Source of the DNA: Trichoplax sp. H2
Lineage: Eukaryota
NCBI GenBank assembly: GCA_003344405.1
Contig: NOWV01000019.1
Location: forward strand, 248,001 to 312,000
Direction of reading: 5' to 3'
Length of the DNA stretch: 64,000 nucleotides
Positions 58,201 through 64,000 of this stretch are shown here, piece after piece. Each line of letters starts with the position of its first letter. Position 1 is the stretch's first letter. The position numbers were made by a program, and so were the translations under genes. Under the pieces are notes generated by a model. It had not been told where the DNA came from, did no database searches, and saw nothing but the letters and a program-made list of their open reading frames with translations.

Positions 58201-61200
58201 AGCATAATTTCATTATCAGAGTTGTAAGCAATGGTATTAAACCGCAGTTTAGTTTGTATGATCGGAAACGTAGACCTAATCATGCTGCCGTAGTTTCGTA
58301 CAATTCTATATATATATATTATATTGAAACTAATAAAGTGTTTACAAGTTCTAAGCATTGATCATTCTAATCAACTTTCTCTTTACTTAGCCTGGTAGTG
58401 TGCTACAGTTATTTCATCATGAAGTTAAGGGTTACCTTACAGCAGAAGGATCTTTCTTTGATAAGGAAATCATTGAAGAACGTAAGTTAATATCAGGGGT
58501 AAAATGTCGTAGAGGAAGAAATCGATCTATCGCCAGTTATCGTTTGCTCTGACAATTCTTATGTTAGTGATCAGTTAATGATCTTTGAATAAATTGAGTC
58601 TTTTCTGTACTGTTTCGTTTTTCATCTTAATGATACAAAGTTATTCTCAACGCCATAACCTGTAATGCTATATTGACTAACTAATCATCTAATTTGAAAT
58701 AACAGCCCATATAGGAATATGCAAAAATAAGTCAAATCTGTTACAATATCGCTTTCCAGTTAATTCTGCCCAGGTTTGTTGGCAAGTTGAATTCACCGAT
58801 GTTAATCAAAGTTACGAAGGTAAAATTGATTCTGCTTTATTGCATGCAAGAGTGACTATATTTTATGCTGTAGCAGCATTAGCTATACAGTAAAAGGATT
58901 AGTCGTGAACACGATCAAAACCATAAGATGATCACCGTATTTGTATCACTACTAGGCCATTACTTAACTTGGAATCAACCTTTCCGCTTGCGCCATTTAC
59001 CGTCCCGTCAATATTTACGGGTTCGACAAAATAATAATACTGGTCTGATGCAAGTATGTCTATATTTCTCCATCAGTATTGAAATTATAAGAATGATGCA
59101 TTTTCAGTTGAGAAGATGTTTAGCCTGTTTCTTGTATCCAAACTAGTTTATTATCGATCAATATTTTACTTAGCGGAATTTAGTTAAAAGATGATTGAAG
59201 TAGGGTGTTGACAATATTAATATCTAAGCTATGGACATTAATTGAAACTGATTCTTTGCAGTTCTAAGATCTTCGATGAAATCCTACAAACCAAATTACT
59301 TTACATCTACAACATTTTCAATCACCTTGACATGCCGACGGCACTTAAACACAAAATACAGTCATAATTGATAACAATTTAAATCAATATCGTGAGCAAC
59401 TATGAAAGCTTGACAATTACGGAAGGATAATGCATGAAAGTGCTTTATATGGCTTACAGAACAGTTAAAATTAGAATCGCTTGGCTTTATAAGTAAACTA
59501 CTTGATTACGATGGTAATTGACTGTAGATGAATTTCTACTTTCAAAATAATGTTAGATAGCATAAAAACCAGCAAGGACTGGAAATTCAATATTTGTAAC
59601 TTAAAATGCTATATCCAAGTCATTCCAACCAAGCTGGTATAGCATTGCAAAATTTCAATTGACTCATAGTATCTAGCTATAGTCAAAATCGGTTCCAGTG
59701 CTTCTCATTTAGAAGACGTAGTCGATAACAAAGCATAACTATAAAAATTGAACTGGCTATAAAGGATAGGAATGCTTCCTACGTATATGCAAGCATCAGT
59801 GCTTGTGCAATGTGCTTGTTATGATCATGCTACTCTACTACTACAGAAATCAAAGTAGACAGTACTAAGGACATATATGATGCAGCGTAATTATTTATAT
59901 CTCGGTTTGCTAACTATTTTAATATGCCTACTAGATTACAGCTGATATGATTACTGATGATAGTGAATATGAAGATTTTACTTTTTGCTTTCATTCTGTT
60001 ATCAAGGTAAGCAATATATGATAGTTATGGAAGCGCAGGAATCTAATCACTACCTGATAATTTTAAATATTAATCATCTATATCAAATTTAATAATTCAA
60101 ATATAAAACTAACAGTAATGACGTTGAATATTGGCCGTAGGAACCTTCGGAACATATTTTAAATGACAGTTACGTTAGAATGGAACACATAGCAAGTCAT
60201 TCTTGGCTACACGTTTGCAAAAGTAAGGGCAGAAAATGCTGTATTTTTGTGTGTTAGTCGAAATGGTAAAATGTATGGCTGCTTAATCTGATATATCTAA
60301 TGGAGTAACGCTCATACATCAATTAAGATCATTATATTCGCTCATCGAATGGTGGTAGCACTATTTCTGGATCTTCAGATCTAATGGACATAAAGTGGGA
60401 AGACAAGGAAACTTATCAAGTAATTCTTCTCATACGATATTAAACTGATGAAGCTTATATGATGCAAACTACATGTATATACTTAATGTTATTCTATTTT
60501 CTCTCTATGCAGGTGGACTTCGTCAAGATTTCCAAGTCTCACGACATATTTTGTGTTCAAGAGGTAATTTTATATTTAAAATTGCATTGAAAGTAAAATA
60601 TCAGTTCGAAGGATAGGAATTTTAACGTTTGAGTACAAGTTCTTCTTTAGTAACAACTTCCTAAATTATGTACACAGGTTGATGAACAGTTGATTACTAG
60701 ATTTAACTATGTCGCTGGATTTATTCCGTTACTAAAGAAATTTGTCAAGGAGGTTGGAATTTATTTGATCTGCCTCGTGAATGATCTATCACGATGGATT
60801 AATATCTACCACCTTAATGCGTATTTTAATTATATTATCAACATCCTTTCTAGAGAGAACAAGGTTTGCTGTGTACCGAAAAGGATAAAAATGCTGTCGT
60901 GGCTGTAAGTAAAAAGCATCATTTTTAAGAGATAAATTAAAAATATCGAAGAGGGCTCACTTAACTTTTGATTTAACACATTACGCTGTCTAACACGGAA
61001 CAATCTTGTAACAATTGTATCCTTAGGCCCTAAATGACTTGAAAGAATTTCAATATGAGCAAGGCGAAGTTAACTTAATAAATCAAAAGTGTTTGCGAGA
61101 TTACAAGGTATACATGGTATTGTTAGGACGAAAGTTACCGGTATATATTTGCAGTATTGATTTATTATGATATTCATAACCACCACGCAGATTGTTGATA

Positions 61201-63983
61201 TTGCAATTCGGTTGATGCGATTATGGGAACGACGATTTTCTCTTCCAGCAGATCAAAGAAAGTAATTGATTCTAATTTCGACATAAGTTTGGAGTTAGCC
61301 TCTCTTGTATCTGCTAGCTAGGCTAATAAATGCGATGATATCCATAACCATTTATGTCATGTTGGTAATATTAAATGATCTTTCGTAGATATTTGCAAGT
61401 AATCTGCGCAGAAACTTCTGACTTATTATTTTATTTCCTGGACAGCTATAAAGGATACCAGTTATGTTTCTAATAAAATAGCTTTCATACTATCTCATTA
61501 CGAAAGTCTATTATTTTACTCCGATATAGAACGCTAAAACTCCATCTTTATATAATTTATATTTCAGTAAAAATAAGTTATATCTTGCAAGATATATTCC
61601 AACTATACAAAAACAGGTACAATCTATATTTCATAGTTGCTATAGTTAGAAATCTAAAATTGTATGCGGTATTCTTCTCATGTGATCACAGATTGGTTCA
61701 GGAATTCAGTGTGAAAAATTACTAATCGAATTGATGAAGGATAATAAGTAATAAAGCATGTAAGATTGTGGAAACTTCCATTCAATAGATACATTATGTT
61801 TTTTTCTAATTCCTTTCAGATGTATTCTGAATCAAATAACAACAAACCATATCGATAATCTAATCGATACATTACGTAATAGCAAGGTCAGATATGTTCA
61901 TTAAATAATAATCGATTAAAAAAAACCTTAGATGGTTTATAATAGTTCATTTTAGATAGCTTTTAAATATTTTAAATAATCGTAGCCATTATTAGTGAAA
62001 GTTTTCTAATTTAATATAGAATATATATATTTAATATTTATTTTCTTTAGAACTATCTTTATCTTGACTTTTTGGCTGCTTTATGTGTTAGTGATGGCTG
62101 CTCTTTACCCAATAATCAAGGTTCATAGATGTAGCCATAAGCTTAATGATAAAGATTTATTTATTTCAAATGCTTTGAGATTGTTTATACCGATTTTATA
62201 CCATTTTGTGGTATACGTATTCCGAGGAATCGCTAAATTAATTTAATTGCATGCTAATACATTAAAACTATCTGAAAATACTTTAATTTATTGAGTAAAA
62301 ACGAATTAAGTGGAATATAACCATTTCTGACTATTTTCTTAAGAACAGGAGTACATGTTGTAGTAAGAATTAAAAATTTATCTTTCTAGAATATATTGCC
62401 AATGAATTATTCAAACATGAATCAACTATCTTACTATATCGTATCTACCTTGGAGAAGAAATATATTTAAAACACGGCGTCGTTTATATTGGTTATAAAG
62501 GAAGCAAAGAATGGAAGCCAATTCAACAATTTCTTGTAAGATACTCTCCAAGTTAAGATATTTAAAGAAGTCTTGATCGATATGGATATTCGGTCAATAA
62601 ATATATTCCTTCCGTTTACTAAACTAGCGAATAATAGTTGTTATATTCCTACCCTGTGCTAGGAATCACAAGCGAATGGCCAACTAAATAGTCGATACCT
62701 TTACCTTAAAAAGCAGCTGTACCTTTTTTGCAAGCTTTGCTGGGTTAGTCAGAAGAAAATTGAACAGATTGTCGAGCTCATAAGTTAATTTGTTCAGACT
62801 CACTTGCTTAGCTTATACATTAATATCGGAGTTTCAATTACACAATAGGGAAGAAATTGGCGGGTTTTTCGTATTTTGATTGATGTAAGTTTTCAAGAAT
62901 TTAGGAAGGCATGATCGATAACTAGATTGATAAGTATATTGGTATAGTTATCATATTATCCATGTATAACGTCATTCCTTAATAGACTTATTTTGAGCAA
63001 GAACCCTGAAAATGAGTATGGTATTACATAAAATTAAGACATTTTGTATATTATGCTTACTTTGCGAATATAGGAAAAGAAAATGTTTTCTCTATCTGCT
63101 GTTTGTGCTTGTGTACGTGACTGCCGTTTACCTCCCAGTCTTCGAGCACAATTTTGTTATATAATCCGTGGTAATTTTTTCATATTTATTCTCATAATAC
63201 TCAAAGTTACTTTGCCATTCCATTTGCACTTTGTTAATTGCTATTTATCTAATGTTATTATACCTGAAATGACACGCTAGAAAAGATTCTTGATGAATAC
63301 ATTAATTGATAGATTTTGTAGCTTACAACTATTTCAAATATTATAAGAAATATGTAATGTAAATTAAAAATATTAAGTACTTCCGATATCAAATAATAAA
63401 CTAATATAATTATAATTCATTCATCTTGTATGTATATATTATTTGTATCGTTAATATGAACATATGTTGATATTTAAAAATTACTATATTCTATATTTCT
63501 CTTACAGATATCTATATGTCCGGTAGAATCCGTTCTTCCATTGCAAGTTTATACAGCCTTTCCTTTGTTAGTTTTTAGCAGTAATAACGCTTCAAGTTGA
63601 TATTACTATAGATTAATTTAAGAATCTAAAATACCCTCAGATTTGACCTTCAGTCTTGATACGACTTTAAAACTAAATACTGACAGTTATAATTTATGAG
63701 TAACTATTTACCCTTTGACAACAGAACTACAACATCAGTGAAACAGATGATTTTCCGAATGATTTTGCAAAGGTACTCAGAAAAGATCATACCGAAACTT
63801 ACTAGAAGAAAATGTTAACTTAAATATTAGGCTACTGCTGATTTCCTATGACCCAGTTCCGATTTCTGAGCTATTTAATCAAAGATTCTATTTACTGCTT
63901 TTGTTTAGAATTTTACAGCGTGGGAATTATTCCAAATCAATGACTTAAAATTGTGGTGCTTGACATTTCTATCCAAGAAAACG
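55203..63983 (+). CDS. ITPR: Divergent inositol 1,4,5-trisphosphate receptor-like Ca2+ channel, 5' part (many short exons; continues beyond the window)
   Basis: MSDPQYLRFGDQIALY...GYV; YGQIIQLFH...FKIVPRSKVKLNGDKI; GSVLQLFHHEVKGYLT; WQVE...WNQPFRLRHLPSRQYL (MIR); SYVRMEHIASHSWLH; QKCLRD; KNKLYLA; YLDFLAALCVSDGCSLPNNQ (RIH); LPPSLRAQFC. The order is collinear with the IP3R N-terminus. Confidence 0.88.
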
Positions 63984-64000
63984 GTAAGCGTAATGGCTAT

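Overview
AT-rich eukaryotic (animal) genomic DNA with compact genes and many short GT-AG introns; the style is most consistent with a placozoan such as Trichoplax (inference, not proven). In order: 5' end of ACADVL (-), a 102-bp tandem array, a convergent two-gene ISL2EU/PIF-Harbinger-type unit (THAP-HTH-DDE transposase on +, SWIM-YqaJ nuclease-fold protein on -), ATE1 (+) with a decayed antisense ORF in its long first intron, ALS2/alsin (-), a 227-bp tandem array, COA1 (+), NOP58 (-), further repeats, a small unrecognised gene (-) head-to-head with TRMT10A (+), a single-exon rhodopsin-family GPCR (-) and the 5' part of a divergent IP3-receptor-like gene (+). The most interesting locus is the ISL2EU-like pair. 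Both genes are spliced and intact and the transposase DDE triad is present, but the YqaJ partner has lost several catalytic residues (ExK to EVI) and I found no terminal inverted repeats, which suggests a domesticated transposase/pseudonuclease system. All homology calls are by-eye motif recognition, not database searches.
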